The translations under genes were made by a program, and so were the position numbers. Shown piece after piece: positions 9,702 through 18,800 of a stretch of DNA of 64,000 nt. Location: the NCBI GenBank assembly GCA_019661785.1, contig JAIFWP010000001.1, forward strand, positions 11,545 through 75,544, given 5' to 3'. The notes beneath the pieces are model-generated. The model saw nothing but the letters and a program-made list of their open reading frames with translations, had not been told where the DNA came from and ran no database searches. Every line of letters starts with the position of its first letter. Position 1 is the first letter of the stretch. The DNA is from Candidatus Parcubacteria bacterium (GTDB lineage Bacteria > Patescibacteriota > Minisyncoccia > Phycocordibacterales > Zambryskibacteraceae).

Positions 9702-10641
9702 GGCCCTCTATTTCTTCGCGAGTGAGGAGGCCCTTCTGAGCGCCGATCTGCTGCACGACGGACATTGAGTTAATCATGGCCCAGGACATGGCGGTGTCGA
9801 GGTCTTTGCCAAGAGCCATGGCGGCCACGGTGGTTGCGGCGAAGGCGTCTCCGGCTCCGGTGCGGTCGAGCGGCGGTTTAGGGTCCGGATACGGGTCTTT
9901 GAACGTGACCTTCTCCCCGTCATAGGCATAAGCGCCCGTAGGTCCATCAGTGATGACTACGACCTTCGGTCCAAGCTCATGGATCCTTTTCAATAACTCT
10001 TCAATACCAAGCGTGTCTATACCAAGTATCTTCTCGGCCTCCTCAACATTGCAGAAGAAGATATCCGCTCTCTTGTATAGCCTTGCTAGCTTGTCCTTGC
10101 CTAGAGATATCTCATTCTTGCCAGGCTGGAAGGCGAATTTGGTCATGCTGTGAGTGCCCAAGTAGTCTGCGACAAACTCGTGGAAGGGGTAAGCCGTCTC
10201 CGCGACTGAGCTGAAGTAGAGCCACTTGGGTTCGCCCACATTAGGCATGTCGTAGTCATGCTTCTCGTGTTTAATAAGTATGGTGCGGTCTGGCGGGTAC
10301 CAAAGCACGTAGTGATAGTTGGTTTTGACGCCTTTGTTCACTTTTATAAAATCGGCATCCACTTTATCCGCTAATAGAGCAGCAAGGCAGTCGCGGCCGT
10401 TCTGGTCGTCGCCGACATTCGACACCAAGGCCGAGCGGAGTCCGAGTCGAGCAGCAGCCACAGCGGCATTAGCCGCATTGCCTACAGCAGGGATTACAGT
10501 CACATCCTCGTAAGGAATCTTCTCTGCGAAGGGCAGGCATATCTTGTAGTCAGCGTGGTCCGGAGTGCCGGTTATCTCGGCGTTCTTAAGCCTTATGAAG
10601 GCATCTATAACAGTATCGCCAATAGCCACAAAGTCGTGCAT
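9691..10641 (-). CDS. PfkB/ribokinase-family carbohydrate kinase
   Basis: GNAANAAVAAARLG, VGDD, NVEEA, DRTGAGDAF; start re-called to ATG 10641. Confidence 0.93.
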   Translation of the reverse strand: MHDFVAIGDTVIDAFIRLKNAEITGTPDHADYKICLPFAEKIPYEDVTVIPAVGNAANAAVAAARLGLRSALVSNVGDDQNGRDCLAALLADKVDADFIKVNKGVKTNYHYVLWYPPDRTILIKHEKHDYDMPNVGEPKWLYFSSVAETAYPFHEFVADYLGTHSMTKFAFQPGKNEISLGKDKLARLYKRADIFFCNVEEAEKILGIDTLGIEELLKRIHELGPKVVVITDGPTGAYAYDGEKVTFKDPYPDPKPPLDRTGAGDAFAATTVAAMALGKDLDTAMSWAMINSMSVVQQIGAQKGLLTREEIEGLSS

Positions 10642-10674
10642 TTGACCCAATTGTATCATGCTAAGATAAGCCTA

Positions 10675-11526
10675 ATGAAGAGTCTTAAAGAACAGATAGA
10701 GTGGGCCAGTGGGAAAGGTGTCGCCATAGGACACTTCAATGTCTCGGACTCGGAGGGCTTCAATGCCGTGGTGAGCGCCGCTACCGAGCTTGGCGTACCA
10801 GTCATCATCGGAGTGTCGGAGAAGGAGAGGAGCTTCCTCGGTGTAGCCGAGATACGAGCGCTCGTCACTGCCGAGCAGGGCAAGGGCTTGCCTGTGTACT
10901 TAAACGCGGACCATACCTACTCAGTAGAGGCCTCCAAGGAAGCGGTGGATAACCACTTCGACTCGGTCATCATCGACGGAGCCGAGAAGCCTTTCTTTGA
11001 GAATGTGATGATGACTAAAGAGGTGGTGAACTATGCTAAAGAAAAATATCCAGACATCTTAGTTGAGGGTGAGCTAGGCTTCATTGGTACAGGCTCAATG
11101 ATGCGAGATGAGATACCTGACGGAGTGTCGCTAGAGACCCAGACTACTGCCAAGGATGCCAAGAGCTTCGTCGACGAGACCTGTGTAGACCTCTTTGCCC
11201 CCTCTGTGGGCAATATCCACGGCCTTGTGAAAGGGGGCGAGCCTAAGTTGAATATTAAAAGGATTAAGGAGATAGCTAAGGCCGTATCAGTGCCTCTAGT
11301 CCTCCATGGCGCCTCAGGCAACACCGACGAGGAGGTCGCGGCTGCAATAGACGCAGGTATACTCATAGTACACATCAATACGGAACTAAGACTGGCTTAT
11401 AAAAAAGGCATCAAGAAAGGCATGTCCTCCGACGAAGCCGCCCCGTACAAATTCATGGCCGAAGGTGTCGAAGAAATGAAAAAACTCGCCACCCAGAAAC
11501 TCAGGGTATTTAATAAGATGCAATGA
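10675..11526 (+). CDS. fba: Class II fructose/tagatose-bisphosphate aldolase
   Basis: HFN, NADH, VEGELG, GNIHG, LVLHGASG, HINTE; start re-called to ATG 10675. Confidence 0.92.
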   Translation: MKSLKEQIEWASGKGVAIGHFNVSDSEGFNAVVSAATELGVPVIIGVSEKERSFLGVAEIRALVTAEQGKGLPVYLNADHTYSVEASKEAVDNHFDSVIIDGAEKPFFENVMMTKEVVNYAKEKYPDILVEGELGFIGTGSMMRDEIPDGVSLETQTTAKDAKSFVDETCVDLFAPSVGNIHGLVKGGEPKLNIKRIKEIAKAVSVPLVLHGASGNTDEEVAAAIDAGILIVHINTELRLAYKKGIKKGMSSDEAAPYKFMAEGVEEMKKLATQKLRVFNKMQ

Positions 11527-11816
11527 AGAGTATCTCGCTGGTTGTCTTTGCCGGACTTGTTATTATCGTGGGGTTCTTTTTCATACATGGGTCAGTAATC
11601 ATTAAAAAAGTTCCACTTACTGATCAGGAGGAAGCGTGTTTAAATGAGTTGCTACCAGTAGCTTTTGACGGAAAAGGGCAAGGCAAGGGATTTGTATACG
11701 TTACGAGTAAGGAAGATAACAAGATTTATCTTAAACTCTATGCTTTCGGGGAATTTGACTCAAATTGGATTGCCGAATGTCCTGGCGGGATAGGAAGAGC
11801 TGAGTTAATGAATTAA
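11523..11816 (+). CDS. Hypothetical membrane-anchored protein
   Basis: N-terminal hydrophobic helix; ATGA overlap with fba; AT-rich. Confidence 0.65.
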   Translation: MKSISLVVFAGLVIIVGFFFIHGSVIIKKVPLTDQEEACLNELLPVAFDGKGQGKGFVYVTSKEDNKIYLKLYAFGEFDSNWIAECPGGIGRAELMN

Positions 11817-13412
11817 ATGAAAGACCAGATACAGAAATTCTTTAAGGGGGAGGTATTGGATGATGAGGCGACTTTGAAAACGTATAGCAAGGACGCGAGT
11901 TTGTTTGTGGTAAGGCCAAAATTGGTCGTGTTTCCTAAAGACGCTTTAGATTTGGAGAATTTGGTGAAGTGGGTTTCTGAAAATAAAGCTGAGGACCCGA
12001 CGCTGTCGCTCACTATCCGCGCGGCGGGGAGTGACATGAGCGGCGGGCCGCTTAACGAGAGCATCATAGCGGACGTGACCAAGCATATGGGTAAGATTGG
12101 CGAGATAAATGAGAGGGGGACAGTGGTAGAGCCGGGCGCCTTCTACAGAGACTTTGAAGTTAAGACCCTTGAGAAGGGCCTCATATTGCCCTGCTACCCA
12201 GCGTCGAAGAACTTATGCGCTCTTGGCGGGCAAATTGCTAATAACGGCGCAGGGGAGAAGACCTTGCGATACGGCAAAATGGAGAATTTCGTTGTGGAGA
12301 CCAAAATGATTTTCGCAGACGGCAAGGAGTACAGAGTGAAGGCTCTCAGCAAGGACGAGCTCGACGACAAGATATACCAAGGAGGCTTCGAGGGCGGAGT
12401 ATATGAGAAGCTCTATGACCTCATATTGAAAAATTACGAGTTGATACAAAACGCTAAGCCCAAAGTCTCCAAGAACTCCGCCGGTTACTACCTCTGGAAT
12501 GTCTGGAAAGATGGCATCTTCGACCTTAATAAATTAATCGTCGGCTCACAGGGCACATTGGGAGTTATTACGGAGGCTAAAATCAAACTCGTACCAGTTG
12601 AGCCCATCTCGCGACTCTTCGTCATCTTCCTTAAGGACTTAGAGCCCTTGGCAAGCGTGGTAAATGAGATTCTGCCTACTAACCCGGAGTCTATAGAGTG
12701 CTTTGACGACGCCTCAATGAAGCTCGCCGTGAGGTTCCTGCCCAAATATATACTCCGATTCCTCCCCGAGGCGTTTATGATTCTCCGTGGAGGCGTGCCC
12801 AAGCTCATAATGCTTGTGGAATACTCGGGCAAGACTGAGGAGGAAGTGGGGGAGAAGCTCAAGGCCTTGGAGGAGAAGATAAAGCACTTCGGCCTACAGA
12901 TGCACCGAGCCCATTCAGAGTCTGAGTCGGAGAAATATTGGACCATGCGCCGAGAGAGCTTCAACCTGCTCAGGAAGCATATTAAGAACGCTCGCACAGC
13001 GCCCTTTGTCGACGACGTAGTTGTGGGGCCCGAGGATATGCCGAGCTTCCTCCCCAAGATGCGGGCCATCCTCGACAGCTACAAATTGAACTACACCATC
13101 GCTGGCCACGCAGGCGATGGCAACTTCCACGTCATACCGCTGATGAATATGAAAAATCGCTCCAATGTGCAGGTGATAAAGGAAGTGGGAGAGAAGATAT
13201 ACGACCTGGTGGGCAAGTACCACGGCTCCATCACTGGCGAGCACAACGATGGCATAGTCCGCACACCATATTTGAACAAAATGTACTCTCGGGAAGTCCT
13301 AGACCTCTTCAAAAAGACTAAAGAGATATTTGACCCGCAAAACATATTTAATCCAGGCAAAAAAGTGGGTGGAACTGTCGACTACCTGACATCCCACATA
13401 GCTATAGAATGA
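11817..13412 (+). CDS. FAD-linked oxidase (GlcD/D-lactate dehydrogenase family)
   Basis: RAAGSDMSGG, GGQIANNGAG, GSQGTLGVI, GHAGDGNFH, GEHNDG, FDPQNIFNPGK. Confidence 0.93.
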   Translation: MKDQIQKFFKGEVLDDEATLKTYSKDASLFVVRPKLVVFPKDALDLENLVKWVSENKAEDPTLSLTIRAAGSDMSGGPLNESIIADVTKHMGKIGEINERGTVVEPGAFYRDFEVKTLEKGLILPCYPASKNLCALGGQIANNGAGEKTLRYGKMENFVVETKMIFADGKEYRVKALSKDELDDKIYQGGFEGGVYEKLYDLILKNYELIQNAKPKVSKNSAGYYLWNVWKDGIFDLNKLIVGSQGTLGVITEAKIKLVPVEPISRLFVIFLKDLEPLASVVNEILPTNPESIECFDDASMKLAVRFLPKYILRFLPEAFMILRGGVPKLIMLVEYSGKTEEEVGEKLKALEEKIKHFGLQMHRAHSESESEKYWTMRRESFNLLRKHIKNARTAPFVDDVVVGPEDMPSFLPKMRAILDSYKLNYTIAGHAGDGNFHVIPLMNMKNRSNVQVIKEVGEKIYDLVGKYHGSITGEHNDGIVRTPYLNKMYSREVLDLFKKTKEIFDPQNIFNPGKKVGGTVDYLTSHIAIE

Positions 13413-13414
13413 CG

Positions 13415-13440
13415 AACCGCTCAGCTTTTGCTGAGCGGTT
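13415..13440. terminator. Hairpin overlapping the stop codon of orphan unit B
   Basis: AACCGCTCAGC-TTTT-GCTGAGCGGTT perfect 11-bp stem between convergent genes. Confidence 0.75.
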
Positions 13441-13591
13441 TGCGGGAGTGCCTCTTGAGCTTTTTGAGCATCGTTTCGTACACACGAACTCTCTCCCGAA
13501 TCCTTGATATGTGGGAGGAATCTGTTGCTGTAGCAAGCGCAGACTTGACAGTGCGGAGATGGCGATGAATCTCGTCTCGATTGTTCAGCAC
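13421..13591 (-). CDS. Small basic hypothetical protein (orphan unit B, 56 aa)
   Basis: GTG start 5 nt after GGAG; TTGACG at 13661-13656 upstream; hairpin at the stop. Confidence 0.5.
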   Translation of the reverse strand: MLNNRDEIHRHLRTVKSALATATDSSHISRIRERVRVYETMLKKLKRHSRKPLSKS

Positions 13592-13678
13592 GCGAGCTCC
13601 ATTGTGATGGTGAACAAATGCGATCTGCACCTATCTTTTCACCTTGATTCAAGGCCGTCAATAGGGTAGGATGTGGAT

Positions 13679-14353
13679 ATGCTCTCCCTTAAAGTAGAGA
13701 CCAGAGACTTAAAGACGAAACCAGAGGATATACGCAAAGCGGGCTTCATCCCCGCCGTCTTTTATGGCAAGAAGGAGAAAAGCACTCCTATTTCCATTGC
13801 TAAAGCAGACTTCGTTAAGGCCTGGAAGACGGCCGGCGAGTCTACTGTGGTCTCACTTGAGACTCCTGAGGGTTCCGTGGAGAGCCTCATACATGATATT
13901 GATTTCGACCCAGTCACCGGAGCTCCGCGACATGCGGACTTCTACGTGTTCGAGAAGGGTCACAAGGTTAAGGTCGAGGTGCCTATAGAGTTCACTGGCG
14001 TATCGCCTGCTGTGAAGGACCAGGGCGGTACTCTGGTGAAGGTGCTCTACGCGCTTAAGATTGAGGCTATGCCTCGAGACTTGCCGCACGGTATTGAGAT
14101 AGACATCTCGCCTCTCACGACCTTTGAGAGCCAGATACTCGCCAAGGACATATCCATGCCCGAAGGCGTGACTCTCCTAGAGAACCCTGAGGAGGTAGTC
14201 GCTCTTGTCTCTGCTCCTCGCGAGGAGAAGGAGGAGGAAGCAGCTCCAGTCGACCTCTCGGCTATCGAAGTAGAGAAGAAGGGCAAGGAAGAGACTCCAG
14301 AGGATGCGGAAGCGGCAGCCGAGGCAGCACCCAAGGACAAAGCTCAGTCTTAA
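13679..14353 (+). CDS. rplY: 50S ribosomal protein L25/Ctc
   Basis: GFIPAVFYG, HADFY, VEVPIEFTG, acidic tail. Confidence 0.95.
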   Translation: MLSLKVETRDLKTKPEDIRKAGFIPAVFYGKKEKSTPISIAKADFVKAWKTAGESTVVSLETPEGSVESLIHDIDFDPVTGAPRHADFYVFEKGHKVKVEVPIEFTGVSPAVKDQGGTLVKVLYALKIEAMPRDLPHGIEIDISPLTTFESQILAKDISMPEGVTLLENPEEVVALVSAPREEKEEEAAPVDLSAIEVEKKGKEETPEDAEAAAEAAPKDKAQS

Positions 14354-14362
14354 GCTCACTCA

Positions 14363-15742
14363 ATGAAGCTCATTAACAGGTTTCTCCCTATTTTTCTTAT
14401 TTTTGCTGTTTTTGGCATTTCATTTTTTGATATCTTTCCTCACTCAGCACTTGCCCAAGCGGCTGACCCTTGTAACTCCGGTACTGTAGGCAAGTCGAAC
14501 GCCGAGCTCCAGGCTGACCTAGATGCCTGTAACGTCGAGATCGCCAAGTGGACCGACATATTGAACAGTACTAAGAAGAACACGGCCTCCTATGCCACCG
14601 AGGTCTCTAAGCTCACAGCGAAGATTAACGCCGCCAAGGCCACTATCAATGCCAAGAACAAGGCCATAGCGAGCCTCAATACGAACATCACTCAGAAGCA
14701 GACTCAAATCAACACTCTGCAGAGTCAGATAGCCGCGGACAGCGAGTCGGTGGCTGAGCTCCTAAGGAAGACCAATGAGATAGACGCCTTCTCTGTCGCT
14801 GAGGCCGTGCTCTCGGACAAGGACTTCTCCACCTTCTTTGCCGATGTTGGCGCATACTCGACGACTAGAGCCTCGCTCCTTGCTATTGTCGATAACCTAA
14901 GAGGCGTGAAGAGCCAGACAGAGACGCAGAAGATAGAACTCGCCAAGCAGCGAGATGCTGAGGCTGATGCCAAGGCTGTCATCGAGGCCAACAAGAAGAA
15001 GGTTGAAGCCAGCCAAGCAGAGCAGAAGACCCTTCTCACTCAGAGCCAGAACCAGGAGAAGGCCTTTACCCAAGTTGTCGCCGACAAGAAGGCCAAGGCT
15101 GAGGCTATACGCACAGCCCTCTTCGGCCTGCGCGACTCTGCGGCCATACCGTTCGGCACAGCACTCGGCTATGCGCAGACCGCTAGCACGAAGACCGGAG
15201 TAAGACCCGCTCTCATACTCGCCATATTGCAGCAAGAGTCCAACTTGGGGGCGAATGTAGGTACCTGCGTCATCACTGACCTCTCCTCCGGGCAAACGAG
15301 GAATGTGAACAGCGGCAAGGTATATGCGAACGGCATCCACCCCACTCGCGACCTGCCTCTGCTACAGGCCTTGCTGCCTGCCCTTGGTCGTGACCCGCTC
15401 ACGACCAAGGTTTCTTGCCCATTATCCATAGGCTATGGCGGTGCCATGGGACCGGCGCAATTCATCCCCTCGACTTGGAACATTATGAGGAACCAGATAG
15501 CCACCTATACAGGCAAGACCTCGCCTGACCCTTGGGACCCGGCGGATGCCATAATGGCTCTAGCAATACTCCTCAAGAACAACGGCGCCAGCGCCGGCAC
15601 ATATACCGCCGAGAGGACAGCGGCTTGCAGATACTACGGCGGCGGCACAAGCTGTACCTCGACTACGGGGGTCTACGGCAACCAAGTCATGAGCCGGGTG
15701 ACCAACATCCAGGCCAATATCGATGTGTTGCAGGATAGCTAA
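14363..15742 (+). CDS. Secreted coiled-coil protein with a C-terminal lytic transglycosylase (MltB/SLT_2-like) domain
   Basis: Signal peptide, long coiled coil, ILAILQQESNLG catalytic Glu, GAMGPAQFIPSTW, DPWDPADAI. Confidence 0.88.
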   Translation: MKLINRFLPIFLIFAVFGISFFDIFPHSALAQAADPCNSGTVGKSNAELQADLDACNVEIAKWTDILNSTKKNTASYATEVSKLTAKINAAKATINAKNKAIASLNTNITQKQTQINTLQSQIAADSESVAELLRKTNEIDAFSVAEAVLSDKDFSTFFADVGAYSTTRASLLAIVDNLRGVKSQTETQKIELAKQRDAEADAKAVIEANKKKVEASQAEQKTLLTQSQNQEKAFTQVVADKKAKAEAIRTALFGLRDSAAIPFGTALGYAQTASTKTGVRPALILAILQQESNLGANVGTCVITDLSSGQTRNVNSGKVYANGIHPTRDLPLLQALLPALGRDPLTTKVSCPLSIGYGGAMGPAQFIPSTWNIMRNQIATYTGKTSPDPWDPADAIMALAILLKNNGASAGTYTAERTAACRYYGGGTSCTSTTGVYGNQVMSRVTNIQANIDVLQDS

Positions 15743-15766
15743 AATACTGTTAAAGTAGCCCCACAA

Positions 15767-16042
15767 ATGAAGAAAGGAATACACGCCAAGGAGTACCGCC
15801 CAGTCCTCTTCAAGGACAACGGCAATGGTACCGAATACATCATCCCTTCCACGGTAGCTACCAAGGAGGAGGCCAAGGCTAAGGATGGCAAGACCTATCC
15901 GCTCTTCCGCGTGGAAATCTCCTCTTCCTCGCACCCTTTCTACACCGGACAGGAGAAGGTCCTCGACTCCGCTGGCCGCGTCGAACGCTTCAAGCAGAAG
16001 CAGGCCAAAGCGGGTACTAAGAAAACCAAGAGCGGAAAATAG
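15767..16042 (+). CDS. rpmE2: 50S ribosomal protein L31, type B (zinc-free)
   Basis: [25 protein letters not shown]; no Cys. Confidence 0.95.
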   Translation: MKKGIHAKEYRPVLFKDNGNGTEYIIPSTVATKEEAKAKDGKTYPLFRVEISSSSHPFYTGQEKVLDSAGRVERFKQKQAKAGTKKTKSGK

Positions 16043-16137
16043 ATTTCCTTAGCACACAACTATTTCTTGCTAGAAATGTTGCTCACGCTCGGCCCGTCGG
16101 CCTGCGCGAGGCTAGATAAATCTATTTTCCGCTCTTG
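16027..16137. repeat. 111-bp element with perfect 20-bp terminal inverted repeats and two internal hairpins
   Basis: CAAGAGCGGAAAATAGATTT 16027-16046 is the exact reverse complement of 16118-16137. Confidence 0.85.
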
Positions 16138-16197
16138 TTTAAAACAGAACTCCGTGACGTACGAAAATTTACTTCTCTTTTTTGCTAAGATAAAGCC

Positions 16198-17157
16198 ATG
16201 AATCCCGATATCCAAAGATACAAAGACAACCCTCGCACTGCGTACATCGCGGATACTTTGGTGCGCCTTTTGGATGAAGAGACGGAGACGAAGAAGATGC
16301 TCGCGGATGAGAGTATGAAGGCCATGGCTGAGGACGAGCTCGCCCGCATAGAGATCGAGAAGCAAGCTGTCATAAAGGAGATGGACGAGATACTCAAAGC
16401 GGAGGAGAAGGAGGAAGAGTTCCCAAACGAAGTCATCCTCGAGGTCCGTGCCGGTGCTGGAGGCGATGAGGCATCGCTCTTCGCCAAGGAGCTCGCTGAT
16501 ATGTACCGCGGATATGCCAAGCTCGTAGGTTGGGGAGTAGAGCCCTTGGATGAGTCGCTCTCTAGTGCTGGTGGATACAAGGAAGCGAGCTTCGAGATAC
16601 GCGGACTAGATGTATATAAGAAGCTCCGCTTCGAGACAGGGGTGCACCGCATACAGCGAGTGCCGGATACGGAGAAGATGGGCCGAGTCCATACCTCCAC
16701 GGCCTCGGTAGCCATACTCCCTTTGCGTAAGAGGACGACGATAGAGATAAAGCCGTCTGACATCGAGATAGAGACCTCCCGCTCGGGCGGGGCAGGCGGG
16801 CAAAATGTGAACAAGGTCGAGACTGCCGTGCGCATCATCCACAAGGCTACCGGCATAGACGTGCGTTCGACCTCGCAGAGGAGCCAGCTTAAGAATAGGG
16901 AAGCCGCCATGAGTATCCTCCTTGCTAAACTCCAAGCCAAGAAGGACGAGGAGGAAGCTGCCAAGTACTCAGGCGAGCGCAAAAGCCAAATAGGTACTGC
17001 GGATAGGTCTGAGAAGATACGCACCTACAACATCCTCCAAGACCGCATTACCGACCACCGTATCAAGCAGGATTGGCACAATATCGAGAAGATATTCCAG
17101 GGCTATATGGAGCCAATAATCGACGCCCTGCAAGCAGAAAACGACAAATCTGCTTGA
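16198..17157 (+). CDS. prfA: Peptide chain release factor 1
   Basis: [18 protein letters not shown] (PxT), [17 protein letters not shown]. Confidence 0.96.
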   Translation: MNPDIQRYKDNPRTAYIADTLVRLLDEETETKKMLADESMKAMAEDELARIEIEKQAVIKEMDEILKAEEKEEEFPNEVILEVRAGAGGDEASLFAKELADMYRGYAKLVGWGVEPLDESLSSAGGYKEASFEIRGLDVYKKLRFETGVHRIQRVPDTEKMGRVHTSTASVAILPLRKRTTIEIKPSDIEIETSRSGGAGGQNVNKVETAVRIIHKATGIDVRSTSQRSQLKNREAAMSILLAKLQAKKDEEEAAKYSGERKSQIGTADRSEKIRTYNILQDRITDHRIKQDWHNIEKIFQGYMEPIIDALQAENDKSA

Positions 17158-17182
17158 CATTACTGTTGAGCTATGATAGAGT
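17154..17182 (+). promoter_or_regulatory. sigma70 promoter of unit C, overlapping the prfA stop codon
   Basis: TTGACA 17154-17159, 17 nt, TG-n-TAGAGT 17177-17182. Confidence 0.75.
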
Positions 17183-17188
17183 GAAAGA

Positions 17189-17540
17189 GTACAGGCGATC
17201 CTCGGCTTGCACTGAGTCCGTAAGGACAAGATAGTGGAACAGGGGCAACTCTGGGTGGCCCGGTGCCCAGAGCCAATAGGGGGCTAGTCTCCGACACGAT
17301 ACCCAAAGTCGGGGATGAAATGGGTAAGGCCCAGCGTCGCTGCGTTGGGAACACCGAAATATCAGCGCGTTCCGATGGGCATGCAGGATTGAGTCGACTC
17401 AGTCATGTGCCCATCGGGACGACAGTTCCTTTTTCACAATTCAACCGGAGATCGTCACGTGACGAGTCAACGGCTTCACCGGCCCCGCTTTGGCGGAGAC
17501 CCGTAGAAAACAACCCACGCTTACAAACGTGGGTTTTCTA
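17189..17540 (+). ncRNA. Putative structured non-coding RNA of unknown family (unit C)
   Basis: Own promoter and terminator, closing helix, four internal hairpins plus a GNRA-capped stem, possible pseudoknot, no credible ORF. Confidence 0.65.
17512..17540 (+). terminator. Intrinsic terminator of unit C
   Basis: AACCCACG/CGTGGGTT stem followed by TTCT. Confidence 0.75.
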
Positions 17541-17550
17541 TTGCCTAAGT

Positions 17551-17579
17551 TGCCAATCTGAGCCCTTTTTGGTACTATT
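17551..17579 (+). promoter_or_regulatory. rpsB-tsf promoter
   Basis: TTGCCA followed after 16-17 nt by TG-G-TACTAT. Confidence 0.65.
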
Positions 17580-17595
17580 GTGAACGCACTAATAA

Positions 17596-18309
17596 ATGGC
17601 TACCAACACCAAAAACGGCGGATTGATAGATGAGCTCTTCAAGGCGGGAGCTCATTTCGGCTTTGTCAAAAGCCGCCGCCACCCCTCCGCCAAGCCCTTC
17701 ATCTTCGGAGAGAAGGATAAGGTCGAAATCTTCGACCTAGAGAAGACTTCAGAGGCGCTTGTGAAGGCACAGACCTTCCTCGAGGAGAAGGGCAAGGAAA
17801 ATGCTCTCATCCTCATCGTCGGCGGCAAGTCTGAGGCTCGCGAGGCCGTCAAGGCTTCCGGCAGAGAGCTTGGTATGCCCTTCGTCGCTGGTCGCTGGAT
17901 AGGCGGCACTCTCACGAACTACTCCGAGATAAAGAAGCGCATCCAGAAGCTCGAAGACCTCACCACTCAGCGCGAGAAGGGCGAGCTAGGCAAGTACACC
18001 AAGAAGGAGCGTCTTTTGATTGATAGAGAGATAGACCGTCTCACTCTCTACTTCAGTGGTCTCTCGACCTTGAAGTCTCTTCCTAAGGTCCTCCTCGTCG
18101 TCGACCCTAAGCGTGAGCACATCGCTGTGTCTGAGGCTAAGCAGCTCCGCATCCCAGTCGTGGCTGTCGCTGGCTCTGACAACAACCTCTTCGAGGTGAA
18201 CTACGCTGTGCCTTGTAACGACGCCTCACAGCACTCTGTATCGTTTATAATGAAGAAGCTTGTCGAGGCTTACAAAGCTGGCAAGGCATCCATAAAGAAG
18301 GAGGAATAA
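17596..18309 (+). CDS. rpsB: 30S ribosomal protein S2
   Basis: AGAHFG, RWIGGTLTN, EHIAVSEA, PCND. Confidence 0.97.
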   Translation: MATNTKNGGLIDELFKAGAHFGFVKSRRHPSAKPFIFGEKDKVEIFDLEKTSEALVKAQTFLEEKGKENALILIVGGKSEAREAVKASGRELGMPFVAGRWIGGTLTNYSEIKKRIQKLEDLTTQREKGELGKYTKKERLLIDREIDRLTLYFSGLSTLKSLPKVLLVVDPKREHIAVSEAKQLRIPVVAVAGSDNNLFEVNYAVPCNDASQHSVSFIMKKLVEAYKAGKASIKKEE

Positions 18310-18314
18310 AAGTA

Positions 18315-18776
18315 ATGACCGATATTACCACAGCTGACATCAAGGCCCTTCGCGAGGAGACAGGTCTCTCCATCGCTGAGTGCCGCAAGGCTCTCGAGGA
18401 GTCTAAGGGCGACAAGGCCGGAGCCCTTGAAATACTCAAGAATAGGAGCGTCGAGATAGCAGCCAAGAAGGGTGACCGAGCCCTCGGCTCTGGCACTGTA
18501 GCGAGCTACATCCACAATGCTGGTGCCTCAGGCACTTTGGTCGAGCTCTCATGCGAGACGGACTTCGTCTCGAAGAACGAAGAGTTCAAGAACATCGCCC
18601 GAGATATTGCTCTTCACATCGCAGCCATGAATCCAACGGACGTCTCAGAGCTCCTCACCCAGCCCTTTGTGAAGAGTCCCGACAAAACCATCCAGGACGT
18701 AGTGAACGGCGTTATACAGAAGTTCGGCGAGCGCACAGAGATACGCCGCTTCGCCCGATTCGCTGTCTCGGAGTAG
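18315..18776 (+). CDS. tsf: Elongation factor Ts (short, 153 aa)
   Basis: IKALREETG, ECRKAL, ELSCETDFV; follows rpsB. Confidence 0.95.
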   Translation: MTDITTADIKALREETGLSIAECRKALEESKGDKAGALEILKNRSVEIAAKKGDRALGSGTVASYIHNAGASGTLVELSCETDFVSKNEEFKNIARDIALHIAAMNPTDVSELLTQPFVKSPDKTIQDVVNGVIQKFGERTEIRRFARFAVSE

Positions 18777-18800
18777 TTCTTAGACCGTTTCTCCCACACA

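Noticed and set aside
17212-17230. CTGAGTCCGTAAGGACAAG resembling hammerhead ribozyme stem II
   Set aside because: The CUGAnGA and GAAA core nucleotides are incomplete; treated as a GNRA hairpin of the larger RNA
17263-17583. 106-aa ORF across the structured region
   Set aside because: Runs through the terminator and the rpsB promoter, and has no recognisable protein features
17189-17595. Structured region as the rpsB autoregulatory leader or a c-di-AMP/cobalamin riboswitch
   Set aside because: Separated from rpsB by a terminator and a new promoter; conserved riboswitch words not found by eye (cmscan needed to exclude fully)
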